DNA of 64,000 bases from Heteronotia binoei. Its lineage: Eukaryota. The DNA is taken from NCBI RefSeq assembly GCF_032191835.1, contig NC_083223.1, forward strand, positions 52,142,001 through 52,206,000. The letters are read 5' to 3'. Both the position numbers and the translations under genes were made by a program. Every line of letters begins with the position of its first letter. Within the stretch, counting starts at the first letter, position 1. Of this stretch, positions 21,700-35,037 are shown one piece after another. The notes beneath the pieces were generated by a model. The model did no database searches and was not told the origin of the DNA. It saw nothing but the letters and a program-made list of their open reading frames with translations.

Positions 21700-22030
21700 T
21701 GCAGTGCAAATGAAAGCAAATTTTTCTCTTTTATATTCCCAGGAATATTGTCATTTTCCACTCTCTTGCATGTACCCTCCAAAAATCTATTATTCCAATA
21801 GATTCAGGGGTTACTCCTGAAAAAAGTTTTTAACTGCACTGCAGTCTTGGTTTCAGTTGCAGCCTGCAGTAGCCTGAGAAAATAACTGTAGTTGCAATCT
21901 AGGGGAAAAATTTATACCAGGGATAGAGAGTACAGTTGGAGTTCTTTCTTCCATATAACTTCCATTTAGCATTCTCTCTCCTTCCTATGCCATATCATTT
22001 GCTTCTTCCATAAGTAATTAAACAATATCT
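21700..22030 (-). mobile_element. Degraded L1-like ORF2 3' fragment
   Basis: A-rich minus strand with a TPESIGII-like motif and lysine/tryptophan-rich decayed frames; recognition is weak. Confidence 0.35.
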
Positions 22031-24351
22031 GCATCTTATGTTCCATTTCCCTGTCGCCTGTGCTTCCAGTTCTCTTTTCCTATTCTCCAGACAGCACTGG
22101 GAGTTTGGAATGCACAGAGAGGACTGGGTTAAAGTTGTATCTAGATCATTTTAAATGAATCGTCATGAATTCATGTGATTTTTAAACTGAAATAAAATAA
22201 AACCAGTATCATATTGTAAATAATGTTTTTGTCTATAGGCCAGGGGTGTCAAACTAATTTGTTATGAGGGCCAGATCTGACACAAATGAGACTTTGTGGG
22301 GCCAAGCCATGCGTGTCATAAAATGTAAATGCCAGGTAGTAAAGCTATGAACTGTATAAAGGATACAAATAAACACAATTAAATATATTTCTTTGCCTTA
22401 AAATACAAACATACTCTTGTGATTTTGTTTTAAAATGGAGAAGTGGGGAAGTAGTTGAATTTGGCTATGCAATTTTAAAAATAAAACATCAAGAAAAAGC
22501 ACGAGGATCACAGCACAAACTAAAAATATAAAATGCTCTGAGCCTAGGAAAACATGAAACGGCTGGGCGTTGCAAGCTTCTCCCCGCCCCCATCTGCTCA
22601 GATTGGCAATGGCTCTATAGTGTAATATCCTCTAGCAAGGCCAGCATTACACTTGTCTATGGCAGTGCTTCAGTCTGATTCCGGAATATGTAAAATGCAC
22701 CACCCCCTTCCAGAACAGGGCATCTGCCTATTAACAGCAGTGGCAGGTAACTGAGCTGGTCCCTCTTCAGAAGCACTGGTCAAATGTTCATGAGGACCAG
22801 TGCTTATCAACAGGATTCCTTAAACTGGCTGACTCCTCTCCTTGCTAACAAACATGGTAGTGTCACAAACACTTAGTTCAAGAACACAAAATTACAAAAT
22901 CCTGGCAATGTGAATCTTCACACACCATTCTGGTAAACTGCCATAAGCCCCTTTTACAATCCCAGCAATCAGAAGCTAAGAGACAAGCCTCTCATCTTCC
23001 CAGCACTAAACAAAGTCAGCCCTGCAAGGTTGGATACATACAGAAATGAGTGTCCACAATTAACCTGATAGGGTGAGCACTTGGCCTAGGAATTGGAATT
23101 AGGATTGAAGCCACTTGAACACAAAAGACCACAAATTTAATTAAAAATAGAGTTATTAAAAGTGTGCAAGAATATTTCAAACGAGAGTAAGTAATGAATC
23201 AAAACAGCTAAGAGACAAACTATACAGTGAGACATTGGTTCAAAACAAGAATACAAATTGCAAGATGTTACTATTCCAAAGTTGCTCAGCAAGCAAAGTC
23301 CAACTCTCTCCAGAGTTTGCACAGGCAGAGTGTCTGACCCATGTCAAGCAGGTTTCAAAGTTCACATCCAAAATCAAGGAGGAAGCGGCTACTCATGCCT
23401 TGCCAGTTGCTAATGGAAAAGGATAACAAGACCAAAGAATCCATCATAATTCGGGCCCATAAACCAGTCAGAGCCTTGGCTCATTATGTCAGTGTTAGTA
23501 TTACTAAGTAGGTGACCTAAGGATGAAATGGAGGGAGCTATCTGCAGACTAGTCCAAACATTTCTCATGTGTGTAAACAGTGCAAATCCTGATGTCTAGA
23601 TGAATGGAATGTGGTTAGTAGATTACCACGGTGTCATGGTTTCATCCTTGGGAAGGGAGTTTGAGATAGGAAGCTTTCCTCCCTGCACCTGGCTGTTATC
23701 TAGTCATGAGGTCAGCTTTGCTGAATTTTCCCAGCAAGAGTTATTTTTCACTTAAGAATTTCAATTCAGTCTGTGGCCTAGAGTCAAAACCAAGCCTGAA
23801 CCAATGTTTGAAAGAAGAAGGAAGTAGGCAAGAGTATCAGTCCCTTGACAGGTAGAGCTTTTAATGTGGAGTCCAAGAGAAAAACATGTATATGGAAACC
23901 ATCTTTGCATTGGATGCATTTGGAGTTTATTCTTTTTAAAAATGTGTTTGTGTGTCTATACCTGGAAGTCATGGTGACCTCTGGCGACTGACCCCTACTG
24001 AGGGCCTGGAGGATTTTTGTCACAGGATTTCTCTGCGTGGACCAGCAGAGGGCTGAGGTCCTGGTGGCAAAAGGAAAAACACACAGTTGCTCTCTAGTCT
24101 AGTTTATTAAGTTCAGGCAAAATAGCACAGTGTGCTGTTGTAAAAATTCCAAACAAAAGAAAAAGAGAACTCTCTTGCTGTTGTTTGAGGTTCACTAAGG
24201 AGCAGTCACCCAGCATCTCTGAACAACAGAAATCAACAATATTTAGACTCTACCATACCTGGACGCTACAAAGGTAAATGTCAAAGAGGTGTGTCTATGC
24301 ACCCGTCTCCTAATAGCATCACTAGTCCTAGGATCAAGGGGTCCTTTAGAC

Positions 24352-24926
24352 CAGAGGTGTTGAACTCATTTGTTATGATGGACGGATCTGATGTAAATGA
24401 GACCTCTCCAGGCCAGGCAACGTGTCATAAAATGTAATGCCAGAAAACCAAAATATGAACCTTATAAAGGACACAGACAAACAAAGATTAAAAAACAAAA
24501 CAAAACGTAAAGCATGCTTAAAACATTAGCCTTAACATTGGTCTTATAGGTGCTTTCTTTGTATCTCTCCAGTGCAATCCAGGCTCTCTCAATTGCACAG
24601 AAGAACTACTGAGCCAAGCCTCTCTTCCTTCTATTGGCTGAGACTCCTCCCCCTCTTGGTCTCCTGGGGAAGGAAGAAAAGAGCCAGAGCTTCCTTTGAA
24701 ACAAGCTATCCCTCCCCCCGCTTCCTCCCCAAGGGAGAAGTCTCAGCCAATGGAGAAAATAAAGGCTTTGCTTTGTAGCTCCTGTATGATTGAGCCTTGC
24801 AAAGCAAGCTGTGATGCAGAAGAAAGCAAGAGAGAGGGAGAAGGAAGCAGATGACAGCCAGTTGCTCAGGAGCCTGATAGGAGCCCTCCAGGGGCCTGAT
24901 TCAGCCCTCAGGCTGCATGTTTGACA
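24352..24926. mobile_element. hAT MITE of the same family inserted in the ERV LTR
   Basis: cagaggtgttgaactcatttgttatg...gcatgtttgaca; internal homology to 17130-17748. Confidence 0.8.
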
Positions 24927-26124
24927 ATACAAAGCCAAATTAATCAGGCTCTATAGGCATTATGTCTTGGTGATGGTATATGGTGCCTGGAAGAATGCAA
25001 ACTATTTTGTAGGTCACAACATCTGGTCAGAAGTAAGACACCCTCATCCATGCTATTAGGAATCATGGGACAGAACCAGAGTTTCAAGGAGTTGGGCTTT
25101 ATATAAAATATGTCTATGCATGAATCTTCAAGTCTCCTATACCAAACTTTCGCCACATCCCCTCACCACCCCGGAGACTAGAAATTCATATCTCCTCATG
25201 GGGTCCATATGTCTATTTAATACTGATGTATAGACAGAGGGACTGAAAGAGCTACTAGTCTAATACATATGGCAATGCGATAGGTAGGACATAAAGGAAA
25301 TCCATTCATAATACAACAAAAAATCACAATAACCAATCCTACAATTACCAGGATCTTCAAAATAGCTCTGCATCATCCAGCAACATCAGCCCAGAATGCT
25401 GGGAGTCTGGGACTGAGGGTTTTTTCTGTCAACCAATTGGATAATGAGGCTGCAGATGCTTTTTTTTTTAAGAGCCCATTTATGGGGGTGTTCTGGGTCC
25501 AACATCACTGTAATAAACGGAATATTAATTGTGAAAAGATGGGTAAATTGCAAGCACCATTGGTGAACAGACACAATCGTAAGGTGATAAGATCTATCTC
25601 AGAAACTGCTTATAATGTCAACACAGATTAGAATAGGTCTAAAAAAAAATCTCACTCAAAGTGTTATTACTTGCTGTGCTAATTCACTGTAAGAGGAAGA
25701 ACACATGTCATATGACTAAAACCAAACCACAGATTACATGGATAAAGCTGAATGATATTAAAACTTAACGATTCAGTTAGAACAAAAAGAAAGTTCAGTT
25801 TAACTAAAGGTCCATCATCTTCTGGGTTGGAGAAAAGCCCCAGCCCTGATAATTCTGGACGATCTTGCAGAATACAGTTTATGGGTTAGGGGAGGTTAGG
25901 CAGCTGTAATGAGAAGGCACACTACCAATCTTTCAGGTCTGTAATCAATGCCAAACAGATCCACAAAAGTGTGCTTACACAACTGCCTCTCCCACTCACC
26001 AAATTCAGCATTGTGCTTCAACTGGTATAAAAGGTGGAGAGAGAAAGTTAAGTACCATAACTGTTGGTCCCACCCAATGTTCCCTCTAAGCTGTGGAATC
26101 TTGTGAGCAAAAATTCTACTTTGT

Positions 26125-26391
26125 GAAGAAGAAGACTGCAGATTTATACCCTGTCCTTCTCTCTGAATCAGAGACTCAGAGCGGCCTACAATCTCCTATA
26201 TCTTCTCCCCCCACAACAGATACCCTGTGAGGTGGGTGGGGCTAAGAGGGCTCTCACAGCAGCTGCCCTTTCAAGGACAACTCCTGCCAGAGCTATGGCT
26301 GACCCAAGGCCATTCCAGCAATTGGAGGAGTGGGGAATCAAGCCCGGTTCTCCCAGATAAGAGTCTGCACACTTAACCACTACATCAAACA
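26125..26391 (-). mobile_element. Squam3-type SINE nested in a hAT MITE (26075-26554, TSD GTCCCACC)
   Basis: Same family as 408-675; the host has CAATGTTCCC/GGGAACACTG termini and an 8-bp TSD at 26067-26074 and 26555-26562. Confidence 0.85.
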
Positions 26392-28061
26392 GATTATCTT
26401 TGTGAGCTACAGCCATTAATGTTATGAGTGAGTGATTTGGTTACTGCATAAATTAGTTTGCTCTGGGACCATTTTTCCTGAGCTAAGACAAAAGTGTGTG
26501 AGTCAGAGACTAAAAAACTGTGAGCTAGCTGACACTAACTCAGAGGGAACACTGGTCCCACCTTCTCTGAGTTACTCATGAGCAATACAGCACTTAGATG
26601 GATGAGGACTGTTCTTCCTGGGTCAAAGGTTGTAAAGTCCCTTGGTGACCTGGGCACACTTCCTCAATGACTACTTCCTCTTCCTCATCAGAGGTCGAAT
26701 CGATCCAAGTTGCTATCATCAACCACAAACAATAGGGTGGACACGGGGTGGTGCTGGGCTCTGGTTCAGCTCTCCACACGTTCAAGGAGTGGATCCAGGT
26801 GTGTCATTCCTGAACCTTCACAGCAGTGTTGATGATTAACAGTGCTTAATACAGACTTTCTCAGTTGGGCTGGGAGGTGTTCTTCTATTGACGGATCAAG
26901 ATCCACACACTGTTTCCTGGGGAGATGTTGTGGCATGCAATAGATGCTGGAACAGCTTGGACATTCTTCTCTTGGAGAGATCGTAGCAAATGGGATAGGA
27001 GAAGCACATAATTAGAGTCATGGCCACTATCTTTAGATAGAGAGCTTAGGTGGGATATGTCACATAGAAGAATAACAGGAATGTGGTTCAGAGAACTGAA
27101 AGCCCTGCGGGCAACTTCTCAGAACCCAAAGGTCAAAATTGACCATAAAATCCAGAAATGATCCTTATAAAATGTTACTCTCAGCAGTCCATATTAGTAC
27201 TTAAAATAGTTTCTGTATGCAACAGTACAGTTGTACTACCATGCTAGGGGCTTATAGGGAGTATAGTGCTTAGTGTAAAGTCAGAAACTGATTAATATGA
27301 GTGCCTTATACCAAATCACCAGAGGGAGGGAAAAAGCAAAAGACAAACAGGGTAACAGGGTTAGACACAATAACGGGCTATGCATTGGAGCATGGGGTTT
27401 TACCATCAGGTCCAGAAGCCACATACCCTAGAAATTCTAGAGAGAGCAAGCTGTCCCTAGAGTGTAGTCCCAGCTCTAGTCATTGTACTTATTTTCTAAA
27501 TATTCAGCATCACTCACAACAATTATGGTGTTCCAAGAACACTCATTTAGGGGACCCCAACTGACACTGGGGGCACAAGATGCCACCTAGCATTGGTACA
27601 GCTATCAGGATGAGGTGTATAATTGGGAAAACACACCACACAATCAAGTCCTAGGTTTATCTAAAAGGTCATGGAGCCCTTTGGACAATACAACATCAAA
27701 TTAATCAGGCCCTATAGGTGTTCTGTCTTGGTACATGGTGCCTCTAAGAATGTAAACTATTTTGTAGGATACAGAGTGTCTGGTTAGAAGTGAGGCACCT
27801 TCATCCATGCCACTAGGAATTATAGGACAGAACAAAAGTTTCAAAGAGTCGGGCTTTATATAAAATATGTCTATGCATGAATCTTCAAGTCTCCTATACA
27901 AAACTTCTGCTACAATATTCAGAGAGGTGGCTGAATAAAGCCTCCCCCTGCCTTCCTGACTTGGTATTTCAAGGTGCCCCCCCCCATCCAAGTACTAACC
28001 AGAGTCAACCCTGCTTAGCTTTCAAGATCTAACAAGATCAGGCTTCCCTGGGCTATCTAAG

Positions 28062-28342
28062 AGAAGCAGTTTGGTGTAGTTGTTAAGTGTGTGGACTCTT
28101 ATCTGGGAGAACTGGGTTTGATTCCCCACTCTTCCACTTACAGCTGCTGGAATGGCCTTGGATTAGCCATAGCTATCACAGGAGTTGTCCTTGAAAGGGC
28201 AGCTGCTGTGAGAGCCCTCTTAGCCCTATCCACCTCAAAGGGTGTCTGTTGTGGCAGGGAGGAGATATAGGAGATTTTAAGCCGCTCCGAGTCTCTGATT
28301 CAGAGAGAACGGCAGGGTATAAATCTGCAGTCTTCTTCTTCT
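28062..28342 (+). mobile_element. Squam3-type SINE
   Basis: agcagtttggtgtagttgttaagtgtgtggactcttatctgggagaac...aaatctgcagtcttcttcttct. Confidence 0.85.
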
Positions 28343-29727
28343 ATTGCACTTTATAGCACTGTTTTATCCATCTAATTAACTATGTGATTGAATTTGTAAC
28401 TGAATTGTATTTTAAAATTGTTTGTTTTATATTGTATTTTATTTATATCACCGTGTTCCGTGTCTGTGAGCCGCCCTGAGCCCGCCATTGGCGGGGGAGG
28501 GCGGGATATAAAAATAAATTTATCTTATCTTATTATCTTATCTTCTAAGTTAGGGTGCATTTGGAGTTTATTCTCATAGTACAGAATGCCCTCCAACCCC
28601 ACATGTAATATTATGAAACTGAAGAATGGGTAGCCACTTTCCCACCCTACAACATTTTTAGCATTTCAGTCTTCTTAGAAGTAAATACCCTGAAACATAA
28701 GTGCAAGCATCACCTCTGGTAGTTATTCCACCACTGTTCATTCTCTGAAACCTTTTGCTCTGGCCCTGACCAAATGAGAAACAATCTGTCTTAAGCAGAG
28801 TTGCTACTCAAATGAAAGCTAAATTGGCCTTGGGATTTGACAGTTGGCAGTGCATTACAAGGACTGGCAGCTGTTAAATGTCTTGTAGCAAGACAGTGCA
28901 ATGCTCTAGGCGAGCAGGGGATAGAGTAGCAAAGTAGGACTCTGGACAACCTGGGTTCGCATCCGCACATCTGCCATGGAAGCTCAGTGGGTGAGTTTGG
29001 GCTCATTTCAAACTCAGCTTAGTCTACCTCACAGAGCTGTTGTAAGAAAATGGAGATGGGTAGTATGGTTTTCTAAAAGCCACTTTGAGTCCCAACTGGG
29101 GAGAAAAGCAGGATATAAATAAATAACTGCATAAAATGCATGCATGAAGGCCTAATGACCCTCCTTGTAAGGCATGCTTGCACAGTGGAAACTGCTTCAA
29201 ACATGGCAAGACACTGCATACCTCTATCTTGGCCTGAATTAACTGTTTAAGGAGCATCTAGCTGTAAGGGTTATAGTAATACTTTACTAAGGTGCTGCTC
29301 TTCATGTTATATAGAAGGACTGAAGAACCAGGTCTTGGCAGCAAGACTGAGGATAGTCACAGGAATCGTCAAAACTGATTGGCAGGGCATGGGGATGATA
29401 TGAAGAACTATCATAAGTGCTGGCTGGTCAGTTCTGGCTGGCTTTTTCCAAGCCTTGAAGGATAGGGAATGCAGCTCTCTGTCTGGGTCAGGAGTTGCAT
29501 TCCTTTCTCAAACCTGACCAGTTTTGGTTCCAGGGCTTCTCCTAGTCACCTTCTTTTCAGCAGGAAGGGGAAGATGTGGCTTATTACCCCCACCCCCATT
29601 CTCACATTTGCAATGAGCAGACTCGGTGCTTTCATGTGCAGTGTTCTCTGCAGGTATGAAATGCAGCTGGTCATCTCAGGAAATCAATGGGGCATTTGGA
29701 CACAGTTGAGTCGGTGGCTGAATTTAA

Positions 29728-29890
29728 GAACATAAGAGAAGCCGTATTGGATCAGGCCAGTGGTCCATCCAGTTCAACACACTGTCACGCAGTGGCCAAA
29801 AAACCAAGTACCATCAGAAGGTCCATCAGTGGGGCCAGGACACTAGAAGTCCTCCCACTGTTGCCCCCCAAGCACCAAGAATACAGAGAA
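29728..29890 (-). mobile_element. CR1 3'-terminal fragment
   Basis: taagaacataagagaagccgtattggatcaggcc tail. Confidence 0.75.
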
Positions 29891-30564
29891 CTTCCTCTTG
29901 AGCTATCAAGTGCATATTTGCCTTTCTAGCCCCCCACCCTTAATTCTGTTTCATGGACACATTGGAGCAGGGTAACTGGTAACTGGCTGTTTCCTAAACG
30001 CCCACAAATGCAGGAGTGGAAAGATCTGGTTTGTAGCTCACTACCATATAGATAACTGGAGGAGAATGTTGTGGACGTTTCTATGCAGGAGAGCTCTATA
30101 TAGAAAGGAAGCTTTCATACCATTCTAACCTGTCCCCTGAAGTTTCTTGCCACTCTCTGCAGGATAATTAACTGTACAAGTGAGAGAGGAAGGTCTCAAT
30201 GCTATGCAAAAGACCAATATACATGAGAGAATCATGGGGAAAAGATCAAAACTAAAACCATGATGATATTACTAAGAATATTTACCGTATATTATAAACC
30301 TGTTAGCTGAAATGCTGAGGGTCTCCTCTTGTTGATGGGGGAATTAGCAAGAGGTAGACCAAAGGTAGAGCTATTTTGTAGCAGGTGTCTTTCACCAAAA
30401 ATATGAAGGTCCAGTATCAGAAAAAAGACTCCATATTTAAAATATTTACTAGAAAAATGTGTAGGAATACAAATTGCACTCAGAATACACACGATCAAGA
30501 GACAAAGAAAAATAGGAGTCAGAAATAAAGACTTTTAGGAATTACAGAGGTAATATTTACCTAA

Positions 30565-31150
30565 GAACATGAGAAGCCATGTTGGATCAGGCCAATGGCC
30601 CATCCAGTCCAACACTCTGTGTCACACAATGGCCAAAAAACCCAAGTGCCATCAAGAGATCCACCAGTGGGGCTAGAAGCCCTTCCACTGTGCCCCCTCC
30701 CCAAGCACAAGAATACAGAGCATCACTGTCCCAGAGAGTTTCAACAAAAAGCTGTGGCTAATAGCCACTAATGGACCTCTGCTCCATATCCTTATCCACC
30801 CCCCTTCTGAAGCTGTCTATGCTTGTAGCCGCCACCACCTCCTGTGGCAGTGAATTCCACATGTTAATCACCCTTTGGGTGAAGAAGTACTTCCTTTTAT
30901 CCATTCTAACCAGACTGCTCAGCAATTTCATTGAATGCCCACGAGTTCTTGTATTGTGAGAAAGGGATAAAAGTACTTCTTTCTCTACCTACTCTATCCC
31001 ATGCATTATCTTGTAAGCCTCTATCATGTCTCTCCGCAGTTGACGTTTCTCCAAGCTAAAGAGCCCCAAATATTTTAACTCTTTCTTCATAGGGAAAGTG
31101 TTCCAACCCTTTAATTATTCTAGTTGCCCTTTTCTGCATTTTTTCTACCT
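30565..31150 (-). mobile_element. Older CR1 3' fragment
   Basis: Same 3' end as the 37245 copy (aagaacatgagaagccatgttggatcaggcc...), but more degraded. Confidence 0.85.
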
Positions 31151-34149
31151 AATCCAGATGTGTAGAGGTCCATGTAAAAATTAAAGATGGGAGACCTGCA
31201 CAGCCATCATGCCACATCTAAGAGGCCCATTACTTAGGGTAATGGGGGTACAACCTGCCCATGTGCCAACAGATTGAACAGAGAGGAGTGGTTTGCTCTC
31301 ATATTTTATAGTATTGAGGGGCAGAGACCCTTTGCAGAGCTATGATGACTCTTAATGGTTGTTGATGAGTCTTTCCTGAGTACCTGAATAGATTCCCAGT
31401 TCAAGACAAAACACAAGAATGACCCTTAATGTTTGTCAGGAAGAGCCATGATGGGCTTAATGTTTGATATCAAATTGGTTTCGATACTCTGAGGAGGAGT
31501 CAGAAGAGAAAACAAGAGATTCGTGCAACATGGCCTGCATTAGCATATAGGTAAAACAAAAGGTGCTTAGCTGGAGCAAGAAGGTAGAAAAGATTAGCCA
31601 TTAGTGGGCATAAGCAATACTTTACCTGGGAACCCATTGTTCTTATACACTCAATTGCTGAGTTTTTGGGGGGAGACAGGAGTCTGCCTGGAGGATGCCT
31701 ATGTTGTAACCTTATGCATTCAGGACAAGCCCAGACAAGTCCTATGGTCTTTGCAGAGAGTGTCTTCACTTTGCTTGTTTTTAACAAGGAGCTTTCATTA
31801 CAGGTCAGGAAAATGGGGACCCCACTGCTTATGGAGTGCTCCCATAAAGGTAGGCAGCACCTCCTGCTTACAAACCCACAGCATATATAAGTAAATCTCA
31901 ATACTAATATAAAAATATATATTTAGAAAACTTTAAATGGTGTCATTACTTCACAGACACATTCATAAATCATTAATGCCAGTCCATAACAAAGTCAAAT
32001 GACAAAACATTTCATGCTGCCAAAATTTCAAAATTCAATGACAAAATATCTTGTGCTGTCAAGGTTTCTTTCTGTAAGTCCTAGCTTCCAAAGACACATC
32101 AACTCCTCACTGAGATGTGCACAGGTGACAACCAATCAAATGCTCCAATCTTTTAGTAATAGTTCTGTTGTGGTGGCAAATCTGACCATCCTGATTGGTT
32201 GGGGCTTGGTGGGACTGTAGGGTATCAGCCTTTGGCCCATCAAACTGTCAATCAAGAGTACTTGCATGCCATTGGGAGAGTCTGCTCCTCTCTCCTGCTC
32301 GAGTGGATGTTGCTAGCCAGCAAAGCTGATTCTGTCAGTAAAATACAACCAACCTGAGTTCTGGCAGTTACTGTAGGAACACACTATTGAACCATTACAT
32401 GTCGGTCACCGTCTCTGGCCTCCCATAGGCTGACTCCCCTGCCCCTGCCTACTGCAGGCCCAGAAATGTTGAACGCACTGCCAAAAGCAGTCTTACCTCA
32501 GAAACAGCCAGATCTCCAACTCGTCTCAGTGTCCTCTCTGTCAATCGGCCTCAGAAAGGGCTGCAGAGCTACTGCAGCCTCACAAAAGGACTCCCAGCAT
32601 GCGAAGCTTCCAAAGGCCACAGGAATAGCCTGGGATCCCAGGCCCCACCGAGAGTGTTTTCTTAGAGCCCATGGCTGTCCGTTGGAAAGTGCTAGCCAGA
32701 GGCTGTTCTTAGGCAACCCAGGCTGCTTTTTCAGAAAAGGGAGAGAGGCCTAGGGGGAATATAATGTCATACAGTCCACCCTCCAAATAAGTTATTTTCT
32801 CCAGGATGGGGAGAGAGATTTGTTGTCTGAAGTTCAGATGGCAGAGATCACCTCCTCCTGGGGGACCACTGTTGCCAATCTCCAGGTGAGGGCTCTCCAA
32901 AAGCACAGATCAGCTCCCCTTGGTGGGGGGAGTGAATGCCTTCACTTGGGTGGGTGGGAAGAGAGCAAGGATGGGGTGGGGACACTCACCCGATTAGCTG
33001 TGTTGTGCTGGAGGAACAGAACAAAGTTTGTGTGGGGATCACGTGGTTGTAATGTTATCTGACCATCTGCACCCCACAAAGTCTGAAAGCAGGAGAGTGG
33101 GAGGATCATGTGTCTGGTCACCCAGATTCCGTAATGCCTGGGAACATAGAGTATAGGCTTTTCACAATCCACCACAGTTCCCCTTCTTGATAAATGTAGC
33201 TGGTATTAAATCTTTGTAGACTATGTAAACGCCGCTGTCTGGTGCGGGGCAGATGTTTCCTGTTATGCTTTAAGTGTGGGTGACTTCAGTGTACTTTCAG
33301 CATGTATAAAATAAAGGAACCTGGCTCAGAAGGGAGGCTTTTCCCCTTACCTGTGTCGAGTGATCATTCCCACAAGTTTGGTTCCAGTGGCACCTTTAAG
33401 GCCAACAAATGTTAATTCAAGGTATAAGATTTTGTATCTGAAGCACTGCATGTGCATAAAAAAAATTATACCCACAATTAAACTTTGCTGGTCTTAAAAG
33501 GTGCCACTGGGCTCAAACTTCGTTCTGCGTTTGACTATAATTCCACAGGGAAAGCCACTATGTTATGCCAATGAAGAGTTCACTGGAGGAGTCTTGTGGC
33601 ACCTGAAAGGCAGCCCACTCCTTCACATGGCCAGGAATGGTCCTCATAGCAGCTGGCAAAGCATGCTGTAGTCTATGAAAACTTATACACAGGGGTCGTT
33701 TTGTAGAAAAATAGGTGGTGGAGCTCATCCAGGGATTATTATGCAGCTGCACCTACTATTCCATGGACACGGTGGGAAGGAGGTGGAACTCTCAGAAGGG
33801 TTCAGGAGATGCGCTCCTGTGATCTCCCGCTGAATCCGAGGCCTGCTTATAGGGAAATAAAATGTTTTTAGAATTGAAAGTGTCAGAAGACTTGTCTGGG
33901 CATGTTTGGTGGTTTGGAACATCCTGCTGTGGCAAGAGACACTGACCCTGACCTCTGCGGGAATTCAAGAGGTGGGGGTTAAAAGCTCTCCCTCTCCGGC
34001 ACCACTCTGTTTGTTAATCAAAAGTGGGACAGAACCAACAAAGTAAAAGGGGGGAGTACTAGAAAACACACATTATTTCATGCTAGTTCTTGGGAAAGCC
34101 CTCTAGCTCTTATTCCTTTAGTTGCCCCCTTTCTTTTTCTTCTGTGGTT

Positions 34150-34271
34150 CTTCCCAGGGGTCTTCCCGCCAGAGTACAAACACGCAGACGTGGTGCTTCT
34201 TCACTGCTGTTTTGCTGCTTAAGGCTGCAGGTCGTTCTTTTGCGCTCAGCGAGCTAACGAACAGGGTGAGT
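34150..34271 (+). promoter_or_regulatory. Putative non-coding first exon of RNASEH1-A (donor at 34266)
   Basis: CpG-containing segment ending ACAGG|GTGAGT; the homologous position in copy B reads GACG|GTAAGT (59331). The 5' boundary is approximate. Confidence 0.45.
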
Positions 34272-35037
34272 AGGAAGGGGGGAGACAAATTGCAGAGCCA
34301 GCATTGAGATCTGAATGCAGGAAAAATATATTTGGGCTGTAACTGTTTCTCTTTTGCAATGCAATGCGGTCAGGTCTTTATTTCACATGGAAAGGTGCTG
34401 GAATCGGAGTACAACTTTGGTGAACATCCGTGGCGTCTTCCTTCTATTCTCTTAAGTAACCCCTGATTCCTTTTTTTCTTATTGGGGGGGAAGCAAAATT
34501 TTGATTTAATGATAAAAATCGAGGTTGTTTCTTTCCAGAAAACCTAAGCACAGTTTCGCATTCAGAGACTCCCTCATCGAGCAAAGACTGAGGACTCCCT
34601 CAAAATGTGAAACTGGAGTTTTATGTCGATTTGGTTGATCCTAATAACACACATTATACGGATTTTGTTTTTGGATTCTACCTCTTGTTAATTCGCAAGA
34701 GCCCCTTGCCTTTTCACCGCTCTCTGTTTTCCACGCTGTATGTGCGGCTGGACTCTTTTCCACTTTCCACATTCGTTCGCATCGTTATTAATCCCTCGGA
34801 GATTGTTCTTGAGTACTGGAAGAGCGTGGGGTTATCTGAGAGGGGATGTACTTAACCGAATGACAGGATGGTCCATAGGAAACAATTGCAGAGCCTGGAT
34901 GGTCCATAGGATATAATGGGAGAGAAGATTGTCCATTGACTTGCATGCGCTTCATTGAAATACATTGAAGCACAGAAACGGCTGCAACAAAAGCCTGGAA
35001 TGGATCTTCTCTCCCATGATATCCTATGGACAATCGG

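Larger units (their letters stand above)
24018..27914 (-). mobile_element. Internally deleted endogenous retrovirus remnant (two LTR-like ends, env TM relic)
   Basis: TG...CA ends; 5-bp TSD ATTTT/ATATT inside a split SINE; PPT GGGGTGGTGAGGGGA (25158-25172) abutting the 3' LTR start at 25157; related direct repeats 24930-25157 and 27690-27914; hydrophobic RAILKILVIVGLVIVIFCCI at about 25310-25370. Confidence 0.7.
23934..28555 (-). mobile_element. 5S rRNA-derived SINE split by nested ERV, Squam3 SINE and L2-type tail
   Basis: 5S-like head (catccaagtactaacc...gcttagctttcaagatctaacaagatcagg) at about 27980-28055, body at 23950-24017 and 27915-27980, 19-bp TSD TGCATTTGGAGTTTATTCT at 23915-23933 and 28556-28574. 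Confidence 0.8.

Noticed and set aside
27975-28055. 5S rRNA-like sequence (also 40290-40350)
   Set aside because: These are diverged heads of 5S-derived SINEs, not 5S rRNA genes.
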